NCBI GenBank assembly: GCA_964016885.1
Contig: OZ024745.1
Coordinates: 116,746,001-116,810,000 of the forward strand
Direction of reading: 5' to 3'
DNA from: Eledone cirrhosa
Taxonomy: Eukaryota
Length of the DNA: 64,000 nt
This document shows, in pieces, positions 1 through 13,335 of the stretch. A program made the translations under genes and the position numbers. Under the pieces are notes generated by a model. It worked only from the letters and a program-made list of their open reading frames with translations, was not told the origin of the DNA and did not search any database. The first letter of the stretch is position 1; the number at the start of each line of letters is the position of its first letter.

Positions 1-98
1 TTGTCCTGTAGAAGCCATTTCTATATTAAATATTTATACTATGCTATGTATTGAGTATCGTACTTACTGTGGTTACCCCAGATTGAACCCGGGATAAA

Positions 99-139
<41 letters not shown>

Positions 140-166
140 ATAAATTTTGAGGATAAATTTTCATTT

Positions 167-224
167 AGTCCAGAATTAGCCGTCGAAACGGCTTGAGCTC
201 AGCTGTCGGGGTCTTACTGGTTCC

Positions 225-227
<3 letters not shown>
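167..227 (+). mobile_element. Short TA-embedded repeat carrying the 3' half of a hammerhead ribozyme (copy 1; other copies at 3401-3460, 3839-3870 partial, 42994-43141 (-), 43183-43325 (-), 59512-59572)
   Basis: AGTCCAGAATTAGCCGTC-GAAAC-GGCT-TGAGCTC-AGCT-GTC-GGGGTC recurs nearly identically and always abuts (TA)n. Confidence 0.7.
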
Positions 228-272
<45 letters not shown>

Positions 273-323
273 ATATACATTATTCGAGAAACCGGCGCTT
301 TTGTCGCCTGCTTCAACACAAAG

Positions 324-421
324 ATGTCCATCCATATGAAAATTCTCTTGGCCAGAGTATGTCAAAATCCCGTGCATTTCTATTCAATCAGAATCACATT
401 CCCGATTTTAAGCAGAGAAGT
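324..421 (+). CDS. Candidate host exon (VHPYENSLGQSMSKSRAFLFNQNHIPDFKQRS)
   Basis: Open frame ending at a GTGAGT donor (422), phase 0; acceptor weak; no homology recognised. Confidence 0.25.
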
Positions 422-1014
422 GTGAGTTTAAGTTCTGCTACAACAAAAGGATTAACAAATTCACCACTGAAAATTAGGAAAACTAAAATGTATTGATTTT
501 ACTCAAAAGCACAAGTTGTTAAATAAATTGAACTTCTGTTCTGTTCTTACTGACCTTTACACACTGATTGATTAAGCAGCTTCTCAGATATTGATTGGCC
601 ACGCTCTTTCTTTCTCTCACAACTATTAACACGGAAGGTCGTCAATATTAAACTTTTGAAGTCTCTCTACTTACGTCCTTCTAAGTTATTCTTTTCATTG
701 CTATTAATATTGCCAACCATACCTGATGTGACAGAAACCACTAAAAATGCCTCCCGTAAAAAGATATTTTGATTGAATGAATACCACAGATAGTGATTGT
801 GCATCTGCAGTAGTTCTAGAAATATTGATAATATATTCGCTGTATAGATTTATGTGGTCGTGGTTTCAAAGCTGTGCAGTTCCATTGTATTTTCTCTGAT
901 CATATATATATATATTTTTTTAAGAATCTGGTGCTTTTAAGATCATGTGTATGCACATTCACATGTATACATATGTGTGTATGTATAATGGAATGTGTGT
1001 ATGTGCGTGTGTTT

Positions 1015-1060
<46 letters not shown>

Positions 1061-1199
1061 ACATGTTGTTGGAAACTAGGTCATCATTCATCAAATATAA
1101 TCCTGCTGAATATGTCGTGACTCCGGTCTAGACGCGACATATCACTTAACCTCTTACTAACAAACAAACCACTCTTCCATTTCATCCCTTGGACACACA

Positions 1200-2100
1200 T
1201 TCCTCACTCTTCACTGCTTTAAAGACGACAGCCCTTAAATTTACCCTAAAAGTCATATCTGTCCATATATAGTTTTGATCATTCCATATCGCTGCTTTCA
1301 TTTATGTGGAATTGAACAATAATTCCCAGTTACACCGAAACAAATCGTTCTCTCCTTCTTCTATCACTATCTAAACTCTTCAAAATAGTCACATCTCCTC
1401 AGTTATATCTATTCCAACATTGCGGAGAACTATCTCACATCCTCCTTCTCCAAAATCCTCGTTCTCGATGACTTCAATGCTCATATCTTTTATGTCACAA
1501 TGATGCCAATATAGGCACTAGTGTTTTCGCAATACTCACCTCTCTATATCAACTATTCTGATTTCCTCTACGCATCCATGACCATATACAGACAAGCCAC
1601 ATGTCCTTGGTCACTTTGTTACGTCAAAATCTGACAAGCTAATCCTTTCCCTGGAAGTACCAAATTATCGAACCATTACAATATCGTAACTACTCCCCCT
1701 ACGTTCACACGCTACACAAGACCACATCCACTTCAAGTTAGCTGGCTGATAGAAGCCCTCCACTTCTATACTAACTATCCCCAGCAGCATTCAGTCTGCC
1801 CTAGGGTTCGGCATCTTACAATATTTTCTTATACATCAACAAACTAATTACTGTCAACTCTAGCAAATCTCACTCCTACGCACATAATACAAACTTCCAT
1901 GATTCCTTAAACTTTCACATCCAAGTATAATCCACATGCAACCTAAACTCATTGTTTTAGATCTACTTTAACGTCATTAACAGAGATCTTGAGAAGGCCC
2001 TCTAATTAGCTCAGGACTAACTTGTCCCCCTCAACATTAAAAAATACCCAATCACTGCGTATATCACGAAAACGAGTTTGGAAAGTTAATCTTATCCTTG
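1200..2100 (+). mobile_element. Highly decayed CR1/L2/Jockey-like LINE fragment
   Basis: KILVLDDFNAH (~1452-1485) resembles the APE GDFNAH motif; INRDLEK..LVPLNIKK (~1975-2050) resembles the late RT region. Confidence 0.5.
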
Positions 2101-2384
2101 CAAGATAGTACAGTATTTATCATTATTTGTAGTATTATAACTCCTTCCATCCGTGTATTTTTATTATCCTTTTACAACACTGTTTTAAGTATCAGTTAAA
2201 ATAGATGCAATAGAACATTAAATATATGAAATAGCCCCTCTTTGTTAATGGATCGAACTAGCCAAAGACTGATCACTGGTTTGTTCAGAAACAGATCATA
2301 ACATATACAATAACATCACTAGTATTATGATTGTTCATATTTTGTTTTTGCTTTACTTCCTTAGCGTCGACTGTGATATTAAGT

Positions 2385-2505
2385 TTACGTGGCCACTACG
2401 TAGTTTAATGTCAGTTCCAACTGCGTGACATGGACAAGAGAGGTTTGACTAATGCCTTGCAAGTGAGATTTATTTTGTAGTCGGAAACAGAAGAATCTGT
2501 CGAGA
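2385..2505 (+). mobile_element. Degenerate SINE head (same family as 19810-20090)
   Basis: Similar to the aatgccttgtgagt...ggaaacagaagaa segment. Confidence 0.4.
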
Positions 2506-2633
2506 AGACTATATGCGATTCGTCCAATTTAACAGAACCTTCTAGCTCTTCACTAACTTTAGTGGAGTCTACTCGTGCAAGCATTTGGGCCTAGTCTTTG
2601 GTTTGAGAATAACATTTTCTCTTCTTGTAACAG

Positions 2634-2653
2634 GTCTCAGATGCTACGAGAAG
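2634..2653 (+). CDS. Candidate micro-exon (VSDATR)
   Basis: Strong acceptor TTTTCTCTTCTTGTAACAG, weak donor AAG|GTTAAT; phase 0 in, phase 2 out, compatible with the candidates at 324-421 and 4469-4721. Confidence 0.25.
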
Positions 2654-3456
2654 GTTAATCCTTTGACGAAAGGATAAAAACTAAAAGTAATAATATAAGA
2701 AATGCACTTCCAAATTATTGATTAACAAACTGTATTCCATCCAGCTGAGGCCCGCATGATACAAATAATGCAAAGTTGAAATTATGGACAAAAAAGATTG
2801 AAGAATTGATAATTTTAAAAGGATCATCGAAACTTGAAATCAGGTAAAATTCATATCTGACATGCTCAAGGCAAGATTAATTATCTTTTATAATGGAGCA
2901 AGATGAAAAACAAAATACAAATAAAGCTAAATTTTCACAGTATTAGAATTACTAAATAGTAAAATAAAGGAATTCTTAACTTCTTAAAATTACAAGAAAT
3001 TCACTGGATTGAAAAGTGTATCAACAAAAAGATAACACGATATCAGATGATTAAAAGACCAATAAAAAAAATACATGCAAATTACAATATTTTACACTGA
3101 AAGTTTTTAAAAGAACTAAGAAAAGAACAAGTATCACGTGAATTGGATGAGAAATAACCAGCTTAATAAGACATAAATAAGTCTCAATTTTACACTTCAT
3201 GTTGCATTGAATTGTGGGAATGAAAAATTAAAGCAAATGAAAAAAAAAATCAATAATACTGAACGTTTAGAAATAGTGAAGAATCAACGTAATGAAAATT
3301 CTTTGATTTGTCGGAATAGTAAATCATATATGAACGTATACGTGTCTTTGTGTGTATGTGTGATTGTATGTGTACATAGATACACGCATATATATATATG
3401 AGTCCAGAATTAGCCGTCGAAACGGCTTGAGCTCAGCTGTCGGGGTCTTACTGGTT

Positions 3457-3459
<3 letters not shown>

Positions 3460-3546
<87 letters not shown>

Positions 3547-3840
3547 GTATATATGCGTATGTATGTATGTTTATATATGCGTATGCATATATGTATGTGT
3601 ATATACGTATATATGCTTATTTATACATATATATATATATGTATATATGTATATATATATAAATATATATATATGTACGTATGTTTGTATATGCATATAT
3701 ATATATGTGTGTGGATATAGTATATACACTTATTTATACACACACACATATATATAGGCATATATGTGTGTATATATGTACATATATATGTACATATATA
3801 TGTACATATATATACACATATATGCCTATATATATATAGG
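3460..3840. repeat. (TA)n/(TATG)n compound microsatellite
   Basis: Seen directly. Confidence 0.95.
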
Positions 3841-3865
3841 CTCTGTCGTCGAGGTCATATTTGTT

Positions 3866-3902
<37 letters not shown>

Positions 3903-3907
3903 TATAC

Positions 3908-4190
3908 AATGATATTAAATAAATGGAAACTATATTTATAAAACCATATTTATTCTATTATATATATTTCAAGGGTACCAAAACTTTGGTACGCTTTCAT
4001 CAGAGAAAATACAAAGTTTGTTTTATAAATGTTGACATTACCAAGAAAAGATACCTTAACGGTTCAAGTTTTCCTTGGATAGTGAAGGGATAACAGAAGA
4101 AAAGTATGCAAATGAGTATGCAAATGAAGGTTAATGAATAGGGATGAAAAAACGTTATTTTAGACGCTATGCAGAATTAAAATAATTAGG
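3908..4190 (-). mobile_element. Solo pseudo-LTR of the Naiad-type PLE at 5449-7970
   Basis: Diverged reverse complement of ~7690-7970; contains a hammerhead. Confidence 0.8.
3951..4011 (-). ncRNA. Type I hammerhead ribozyme
   Basis: Minus strand TATTTTCT-CTGATGA-AAGCGTACC AAAGTTTT GGTACCCTT-GAAA-TATATA-TA-ATAGAATA: intact core, stem II, palindromic stem III. Confidence 0.8.
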
Positions 4191-4367
4191 ATATATGTAT
4201 ATACTCATACATACATATATATATATGTGTCTGTATATATATATGTGTATATCTATATGTATATATATATATGTGTGTATATATTTATATATTTATGTAT
4301 ATATATGTATATATATATATATGTGTGTGTGTATATATATAAATATATCTGTGTGTATATATATGTA

Positions 4368-4416
<49 letters not shown>

Positions 4417-4468
4417 GCGTGTATGTGTGTGTATGTGTGTGTGTGTTTTTTTAAATAACAGATTAAAG

Positions 4469-4721
4469 GTTAAGCAAAGAATCGCTGCTTTCACCCTTAA
4501 CGGGATCTTCTGAAACTAAAAAAAATCAATTTGTGAACGCAGAAGTAAATATTTCGAAAAACGTGGCAACCGAAGGAAGACAGGAAGACGATACTTTGGT
4601 TGGTGGAAACGTTCCCTGGCAAAGAACTGAAAACAATGAAGATAATATGTCATTATTTGGAGCAGTGAAAACAATTACACGCAAAGACAAAACCACGTTT
4701 ATGGTACAACTGAAGTCGTAG
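4469..4721 (+). CDS. Candidate terminal host exon (LSKESLLSPLTGSSETKKNQF...TTFMVQLKS*)
   Basis: About 84 open codons of non-repetitive sequence between two microsatellites, AG acceptors at 4460-61 and 4467-68; no homology recognised. Confidence 0.3.
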
Positions 4722-4819
4722 ACTAAAATTCTATTTAGGAAACCGAATGATTCTCGGCTTCAGAGTTAAGAATAATGTAAATAAATTACAGAAGTAATTG
4801 AAATCAACAAAAATTAAAT

Positions 4820-4845
4820 ATATACATGCACGCATCCATATACGT

Positions 4846-4878
<33 letters not shown>

Positions 4879-4893
4879 TACATATATATATAA

Positions 4894-4974
<81 letters not shown>

Positions 4975-5134
4975 TGTGTGTATATGTATATATATATATA
5001 TATGTGTATATATATGTATATATGTGTATATATATGTGTATATATATGTATATATATATATATGTATATATATTTATATATGTGTATATATATATATATG
5101 TGTGTATATATATATATGTGTGTATATATATATA

Positions 5135-5167
<33 letters not shown>

Positions 5168-5188
5168 GTGCGTGTGTGTGTATATATA

Positions 5189-5257
<69 letters not shown>

Positions 5258-5352
5258 ATAAATATATGTCTATATTTATATATGTGTGTGTATTTATACA
5301 TATATATGTGTATTTATACATATATATGTGTATATATATATGTGTGTATATA
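4820..5352. repeat. (CA)n/(TG)n/(TA)n compound microsatellite
   Basis: Seen directly. Confidence 0.95.
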
Positions 5353-5539
5353 TAAGCAGAAGGGATATTCAATTTGTTGGTAATTCATCAAATATAAATG
5401 TTTATAACTGATTCAGAGCACTCGACAAGTTTTCTGGAGTATAATATTCAATGATATTAAATAAATGGAATCTATATTTATAAAACCATATTTATTCTAT
5501 TATATATATTTCAAGGGTACCAACAAATTTGGTACGCTA

Positions 5540-7015
5540 ACAAAAAATTCATTCAAATGCATATTGCAAATTACTACTCCTGTATTACTCCTAGTTTACT
5601 TAATAAGGCACTTATCTACGCGTCTAAATATAATGACCTATCTACTGATGAAATGAATATAATTCTAACAGCACGTAAAACACTAATAGAATTCAATAAT
5701 CATCTCTGGACAAGAGCCGACAGAAAAAAACAATGTTGTTATCACTATGGGATCATCTGACTCGGCGCAAATAACAGATCGCGTTGGTTTATTTATTAAT
5801 AATGCACTGCATAGGAAAATGCCAGAGATGACCGGTGGTTTATATCGTGACGATATGCTGCTTTTAATTGAAAACCATCGCAATTCTGAAATTAATAGGA
5901 AAAGAAAATCCATAATACAATTTTTTAATAACTACAACCTTAAGTTAGAAATAGAGAATAAATACAAAATTGTTAACTTCTTAGACGTAACCTTAAACCT
6001 TAGCACAGGTCTTTACTATCCTTTCCATAAAATTAACGAAAATCTAAATTACGTAAGTTTTAACTCCAATCATCCTAGAAGTACTAAAAACACTATTGTC
6101 AATAGTGTCCAACAACGGATATCACGCATCTCTGCTAATAAAAATATTTTTGATGATAAGGCTGAATATTATAATGAAGCTTTACATAGAGCAGGATATT
6201 CGAATAAAATTAAATACATTGATAACAATAACATGGAAAATCATCCTAGCATTAATTATAATAATAATAATAAACAATTTAACTTAAACACTAAACCAAA
6301 CAAAAAAACTAGAACTAGAAATATTGCGTGGTACTCCCCCCCCCCCCACATTCTCATTAAGCGTTAAAACACCTTTAGCAAAACTATTCTTTAAAGCACT
6401 AGATAAATGTTTTCCTAAAGCCCACAGATACCACTCTATTTTTAACAGACATACTATAAAACTATCCTACTCTACCACTATGAACATACCACAAAATATA
6501 AATAGAATTAATAATAGAAAGTTAAATTTAAACCCTAAGCAAAATAACCAAAATAGCAATAATAATATTTCTAGCAATATTCAGTATAATAGTACCGTTC
6601 CGAGCAACAACAACTCCGTTAAATGTAACTGTAGAATCAAATCAAACTACCGTTTACAAAATAATTGTTTAGATAAAAACATAGTTTATAAATGCACAGT
6701 TAAAACTATGTTGGTGCCACTTTTACAAAATTTAAAGAACCTTAAATAACCATACATTTAAGAGATCTGATAAAAAATCTTCTACTTCACTTTCACATCT
6801 TATATGGAACTTAAAAGGCAATAATATAGACTATTCAATATCTTGGAAAACGATTTCGAAAGCACCTGCGTACTGAAATATATCTTTATCAAGATTCTGT
6901 AAATTGTGTATCGAAGAAATTTGTTATAACTATCAAAACTCTATTAATTTCAGAACAGAGTTATTTTCTTCTTGCAGACATCGCCAAAATTCCACGTTCA
7001 GAACTATGTTTAATT
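5540..7015 (+). pseudogene. Disrupted PLE RT + GIY-YIG endonuclease ORF
   Basis: ORFs 5557-5760, 5747-6367, 6324-6749 and the following frame join through frameshifts. Confidence 0.85.
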
Positions 7016-7866
7016 TATAATATTCCTATAAACCTTCAAAATGATATATTTTTTAGATGTAGATTGACATTAACTGACATTAGAAAAATGTATCCTCTTC
7101 ACGATAGTTTCTTAGATAAGCATATTACGTATCTACTATCTTTTTGATTTACAAACATTCACACATCTTTCCACTAAAATAATTAATCTCACACTAAATA
7201 ATATATAATTTCCTAAATCACTCTTCAAATTTATCGATTAACAAACAAAATTGGAGTTATCTTTCCTTTCTCAATCGTGTAAACATATTTATACGTAACT
7301 TCGCTAAATTAACAATATTATGAAAACATTTTCAATGTTGAACAAAATATTCAAATCTATAAATTGTTCTCCTCTCACAACTTGAACCACTTATTTATTT
7401 ACATAAAACACAAAATCAACAACCCCATAACTCATATTAGAAATGTAAACAACTAATAATTGTAAATTATCTATATCTCTTTAATACTAATACATATGCA
7501 ATTATTAATATATACAGATATTTATACATATAACCTACTACAATATTGTAATAAGATAAATACTTACAAACAGAATTCTTCATATAAGTATATACATGAT
7601 ATAGGTAAATATTCAAATTTATTCCCCCAAATTAACGTAAATACAAGGTCTTCTTTTTTTCTTTCTTTCCTACTCATACAAACACATCTAAATTCTCCAT
7701 AGCGTCCAAAATAACGTTTTTTCAAACCTATACCTCAACCTCATTTACATATTCATTTGCATACTCATCTTAACAATGTTGAAATATCTGTCTTTAACTC
7801 CACTATTCAAGGAAAACCGTTAAGGTATGTTCCTTGGCTATGTCAAGATTTATAAAACACACTTTG

Positions 7867-7928
7867 TATTTTATCTGATGAAAGCGTACCAACGTTTTTG
7901 GTACCCTGGAAATATATATAATAGAATA
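7867..7928 (+). ncRNA. Type I hammerhead ribozyme in PLE pLTR
   Basis: TATTTTAT-CTGATGA-AAGCGTACC..GGTACCCTG-GAAA-TATATA-TA-ATAGAATA; 8-bp stem I. Confidence 0.8.
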
Positions 7929-7971
7929 TATATAATTTTATAAATATAGTTTCCATTTATTTAATATCATT

Positions 7972-8024
7972 GCATATGTGTATATATATATATGTGTATA
8001 TATATATATAAATGTGTGTATATA

Positions 8025-8094
<70 letters not shown>

Positions 8095-8160
8095 CATATA
8101 TGTGTGTGTGTATATATATATGTGTGTGTATATATATATATGTGTGTATATATATATGGT

Positions 8161-8191
<31 letters not shown>

Positions 8192-8208
8192 TTATATATG
8201 TTTATATA

Positions 8209-8255
<47 letters not shown>

Positions 8256-8321
8256 GTGTGTGTATATATATATATATATACACATATATATACACACACA
8301 CATACATATACACACATATAT
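7972..8321. repeat. (TA)n/(TG)n microsatellite
   Basis: Seen directly. Confidence 0.95.
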
Positions 8322-10030
8322 AGCCACTGTAGCCTGCTAGAATTATTCCCTAACTATAATATTAGCAATGGCGGTGGCCTATTACCAACGCCCTCCAACC
8401 GGCTTCTAGCTACACATAAAAGTAACGGAAGGAAGGCGCGACCACCTGAACATAAAGCGAAGGGGACGCATAACTTGCTACAGCACAGTAACAACCATAA
8501 GTACAGTCAACTAGGAAGCACACCCCGTACCAAACGCACGGAGCAGCGGAAACGCCACTGTAATGTCCTGTGGTTCCACCCTCCCTACTCTTGGAGTGTG
8601 GCCTCCGACCTACCGAGGATATTCTTCGAAGCCTTAGAGAAGAACTTCCCACCCAATCATAAATACAGGAAAATACTTAATACAATATTAAAATATCCTT
8701 CTCTACCACCCCCAATCTAGCAGACATCATAGGAGCAACTAATCACAGCAAGATCACCAAAACACAGCACCTTAGCGCAGATACATCTAGACACGACAGC
8801 CTTAACGTCTCTCTAGCAGCACCCAATAGTGTTGGTGGCAGCCACAACAGACGAAACCGACACAACCAAGGTGAGACTGGGGAGTATACTGGTGACCTGC
8901 ACGGGTCACGCACCGGCAACGGATCGGGCTGCGGCGTGCGGTGGGATAATGGTACTACCCCGCACACCCTGAGATATAACAGTACCTATGACCGAGATAG
9001 GTCATAGGTAGATAAGAACATAGGTAGCAATAATAATAGCTTTACTTCAGGAACTAGGAGCGACCGTGACAGAAAATGCAACTGTCGTGACAGAGGAAGC
9101 TGCCCTCTCAGAGGAAACTGCCTGACTGATAATGTTGTTTATAGGTGCACCATAACTAGCCATAATAGAGTTAAACACTATATAGGGGCCACCTCTGGCC
9201 AGTTCAAAACTAGATTTCGAACACATCTTCACTCTTTTAGGAACAAAAAACTAAGACACTCCACATCACTTGCCAATTACGTCACTACATTAAAAGACGC
9301 CAACATCAGCTTCTCCACACACTGAGATATTGTCGGCAGGGCTGCACCCTACAAATTCAAGGGGAAGTGCGATTTTTGTCTGATGGAGCTTTACTATATC
9401 ATAAGAACACCCCTTGAACTCATAAACAGCAGAGTCGAATCGGTCATAAACTGCAGGCACCGAATACAGTTGTCTTATTTCGGATGGGAACCGACTGTGG
9501 GATGAAAACTATAAACTGGGTGCTCCTGCCCAAACCATAACACTCCGGTGGGCAGACAGCGCAAATAAACATCTGTGAACCAAATATGCATCCCAGACCC
9601 GGCTTGAACCGGCAATATAAAGCAGCACCCACAAAATAATAACGCAAAACACCATCATGTGAACCGGTAAAAAGCAGTGGGGGCGATTATTCAAACACCG
9701 GCCAGAGTTACTCCCCTTGCTCTGAGGCAAAAACAACACATGTGCTTGAACGAAGAATGAACTGTGATGTAAATTTAACCTTAAAACCCCTCCTGGGTCA
9801 CGTACTTATCATTTTTTTTTTGTTTTCTATGCCCTGGAGAAGTCCTTTTTGGGTGAAACGTACGTAGGTGCATTTTATATAAACATATTTTAACGGTATA
9901 TTCTCCTTTGTATTCATTCCACTTGTAGCCGCTCTGCGTATATTCTCGCCAGCTAGATATTAACGCTTCTAATATTTAACCCTGTAGGCACAAGTATTGA
10001 GCACATTTGTACAAGCTATTGGCAACTAAA
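8322..10030 (+). mobile_element. Second Naiad-type PLE family, 5'-truncated (linker, Zn motif, GIY-YIG, 3' pLTR)
   Basis: [22 protein letters not shown]; KCNCRDRGSCPLRGNCLTDNVVYRCT (~9073-9150); YIGATSGQFKTRF..CDFCLMEL..NCRH; degenerate hammerhead at 9829. Confidence 0.85.
9829..9873 (+). ncRNA. Degenerate type I hammerhead
   Basis: ATGCC-CTGGAGA-AGTCCTTTTTGGGT-GAAA-CGTACG-TA-GGTGCAT; core has an A>G change; palindromic stem III. Confidence 0.6.
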
Positions 10031-10080
10031 TATATGTATCGCTTATCTCTTCTTCTCTCTCTCTCGATACTTAAATATTC

Positions 10081-10648
<568 letters not shown>

Positions 10649-10649
10649 G

Positions 10650-10900
10650 TTGCCTGCTGACGAATGAAACTGGCTGGGCACTGCATCCGTCATCCAGAAC
10701 AGATAGCATCACAACTTGTGCTCTGGAAACCGGTGGTCAGACGAAGAAGTGTGGGAAGACAGGCCGTCTCATTCATTGAAACTCTGCTGAGAGATGCCAA
10801 CATTGATAACATCGATGAACTGAGAAATGTCATGCTCGACTGGGACAATTGGAGCAAGCTTGTTAAATCTTTGCGAGTGTAAACTAGGCTGAAGAAGAGA
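10650..10900 (+). mobile_element. RTE-type LINE 3' end fragment
   Basis: [33 protein letters not shown] typical of RTE ORF2 C-terminus; short GAA tail. Confidence 0.7.
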
Positions 10901-11437
10901 ATCTGTTTATATTAATAATTTGTGACTTAAATCTGCATTTTACGAAGTTTCACAGACTTGAAAGAATGTGTGTTAAGTCAAAGAACTCTATATAAGTGGA
11001 GAAACAACCAGGAATTTCAAAGAAGGTTGTTTGTTATTGGAGGATAAATAACGTTCGTTCCGCTTAGTCAATTTGAGTCACAAAATGGCGAAATTCTAGA
11101 AGACTGCGAGACAATAGATACGACAAGTCTCCCTTGCTTTCATTAGAAATTACAATAGAATTTCAGTAAAATTTCAGTAAACATTATGACACCTTGCTTC
11201 AACAAATGGCTTTAAATTACTATTAGCTAATTTTATCATGTGGTTGTCGAATGTTGCTGTGACACCTGTCTGTGTTTTGACATCTCTCATTACTTTGATT
11301 CTTTATTAAATTACTCACATTGACATAAATATATTGCATATGGCTCATATACACCTTTATTCTCAACCACGTTGTATGATTGCTATCGATAATAAATAAT
11401 AGCCTGTTAATCTTACATTTTATGCAAATGAACTATC

Positions 11438-11570
11438 AACAACCATAGCTTAGATACAACCTCTATAAGAATGTATAAGCTCCTTTCACCTAGGTAAATA
11501 AATGTTGTCAACAACCATAGATTATTTACAACCTCTATAAGAAAATATTAGCTCCTTTCACCTTAATAAG
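11438..11570. repeat. Imperfect ~71-bp tandem duplication
   Basis: caacaaccatag...tacaacctctataaga...agctcctttcacct occurs twice. Confidence 0.8.
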
Positions 11571-12320
11571 TAAGCTTCTGCAGACGAAGTATTAATGACT
11601 TCTGAAATACGCATGAAAGTAAACGTAGATGAATGCTGAGGTAACTGTCATAGGATCACAGTTTGAATGTTCATAATGAGACTATATATATGTATAGTAT
11701 ATGTAAACATACTGTATATCTCCATATACACCTCTTTAAATGTATGGCGATTTTGGTGTCTGGCTTAACTAATTGGGAAGAATAGTGCTTTTAGGGTGGT
11801 GTTGTGGTTATGTTCTGTAAAATTGTAGATCTAAGTGTTTAGAGTTGATGGTATAACATTAACCATTGTAAATTGCTGAGGTAACTAAATGTATTCCTTG
11901 CATGTCCAGGTGGTCTTGTATGTGTAGTAACAATCTAACACCCTAAAAAGATGTAGTGCATACTGGATAATTGAACAATAGAATCATTATTTATATTATG
12001 CCGGAATAAAAGACTGTATGGTCACAATTAGAATGGCATTTAAACGATAACTTGGTATTGACATGCGAGGTACTTTATTTTATATAATATTTACCATGCT
12101 TTTGCTGTTTTCTAATTCAGCGACCATATCTGTATCAGTGAGCTGCTCAACATTACCAAACTTAGACCAATTACATCAATTGTCAAGTCAAAAGTACTCA
12201 AACTATACGACAATATAAAAAGATCAACTAATCGTGTGAGTAGGTTATATGCCTGGAAGGAAGGTTGGCTGGTAAGAGAAGCAAAGCCGGCAGCCAAAAC
12301 GATGGCTTGATAATGTCAAC

Positions 12321-12454
12321 TTAGGGACTGGACTTAATCTTTGAACTCTGCTGCTGGTGATCGAACTTTGTGTAGTGAGATATTACATGCTGATGCGCAG
12401 TCTGTAACTGGCGGAGTTTAGCCTCACAAGAAGAAGAATTCTTATATTTCCATT
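12321..12454 (-). CDS. Candidate terminal exon (WKYKNSSSCEAKLRQLQTAH...KSSP*)
   Basis: Acceptor CTATACTTTGCAG followed by an open frame to a stop; no homology recognised. Confidence 0.2.
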
Positions 12455-13068
12455 CTGCAAAGTATAGCGACTCTAATATTAATTGTGAATAAATAAATGA
12501 GGGAATAATATTTATAGATGACGACAGCTGAATTAAATCAGTCAAATGTTTTTGTAAAGAACAAAACTGGATATTCAAACATGTATTAAAGAAGAGTAAC
12601 TAGCAAGATTGATACCGGAAGCCAAGGAGTATCAGTATTTAGAATAACCTTTCAATTCATCAATCGCGCGAGATGAGAGAAAGAGATAGATAAGATAGAC
12701 CAAATGTCCATAATGATGTTTCTTCTTATATTATTTTAATTTGATTTTATGTATGTGTATATATTTGATAAATGATGTAAAGGTATAGAGATTATGGGTT
12801 TTAAACTTTGCCATTTGAATATTCGTTGAAATCTAATGTTCTTAAAATTACAGAAAATCGAATTAATCTTTCAATTTCTCAAACCAAATGTATGTTAGAG
12901 TTTTATACTTTTGACATTCACTCTCCCATTAGACAAGCAAGAAAAAATTAGATTGCATTGAATCGGAACAAATGTCTCCAGCGTATATTTCCGTGCAAAG
13001 TTCATTTTAGCAATTTATTCTTAAATAATCATTTATTCTTTAACATCAAATATAACAATAACCATAAC

Positions 13069-13070
13069 GA

Positions 13071-13101
<31 letters not shown>

Positions 13102-13120
13102 TATTATTATTATTATTATT
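13069..13120. repeat. (TTA)n tract at the 5' flank of the Tx1 element
   Basis: Seen directly. Confidence 0.95.
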
Positions 13121-13335
13121 GGCGACCTACGTAGTAAATCGTATCATCGTGAGCTCCGCAAAGGTTTGTTACTTTCAGTTGTTTAAAATTGCCATTTATG
13201 GAAAATTTTTATTGTTAACTGTATATAAGTGCACATACATTGATTTCTGAAAAGGACACTCAAAAATATTTGGGCCTTGAGCCCAAAATTTAAACTTTTT
13301 ATAATTATCAAACAAAAATGTTTCTTTGAAAAATC

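Larger units (their letters stand above)
5449..7970 (+). mobile_element. Naiad-type Penelope-like retroelement, 5'-truncated, with inverted partial pLTR at the 5' end (5449-5538) and pLTR at the 3' end
   Basis: RT motifs TMGSSDSAQITD, GLYRDD, VNFLDVTL, SNHP; WYSPP..SVKT linker; CNCR Zn motif; GIY-YIG (NYVGAT...CKLCIEE...SCRH); 3' hammerhead. Confidence 0.88.

Noticed and set aside
6870-9330. In-frame TGA codons as selenocysteine in the Naiad ORFs
   Set aside because: They fall at non-Cys positions (one at a conserved Trp) in copies that also carry frameshifts
11575-11625. CAGACGA...GAAA hammerhead candidate (similarly 28770-28830)
   Set aside because: Core mutated and no clear stem III/stem I; at best a relic
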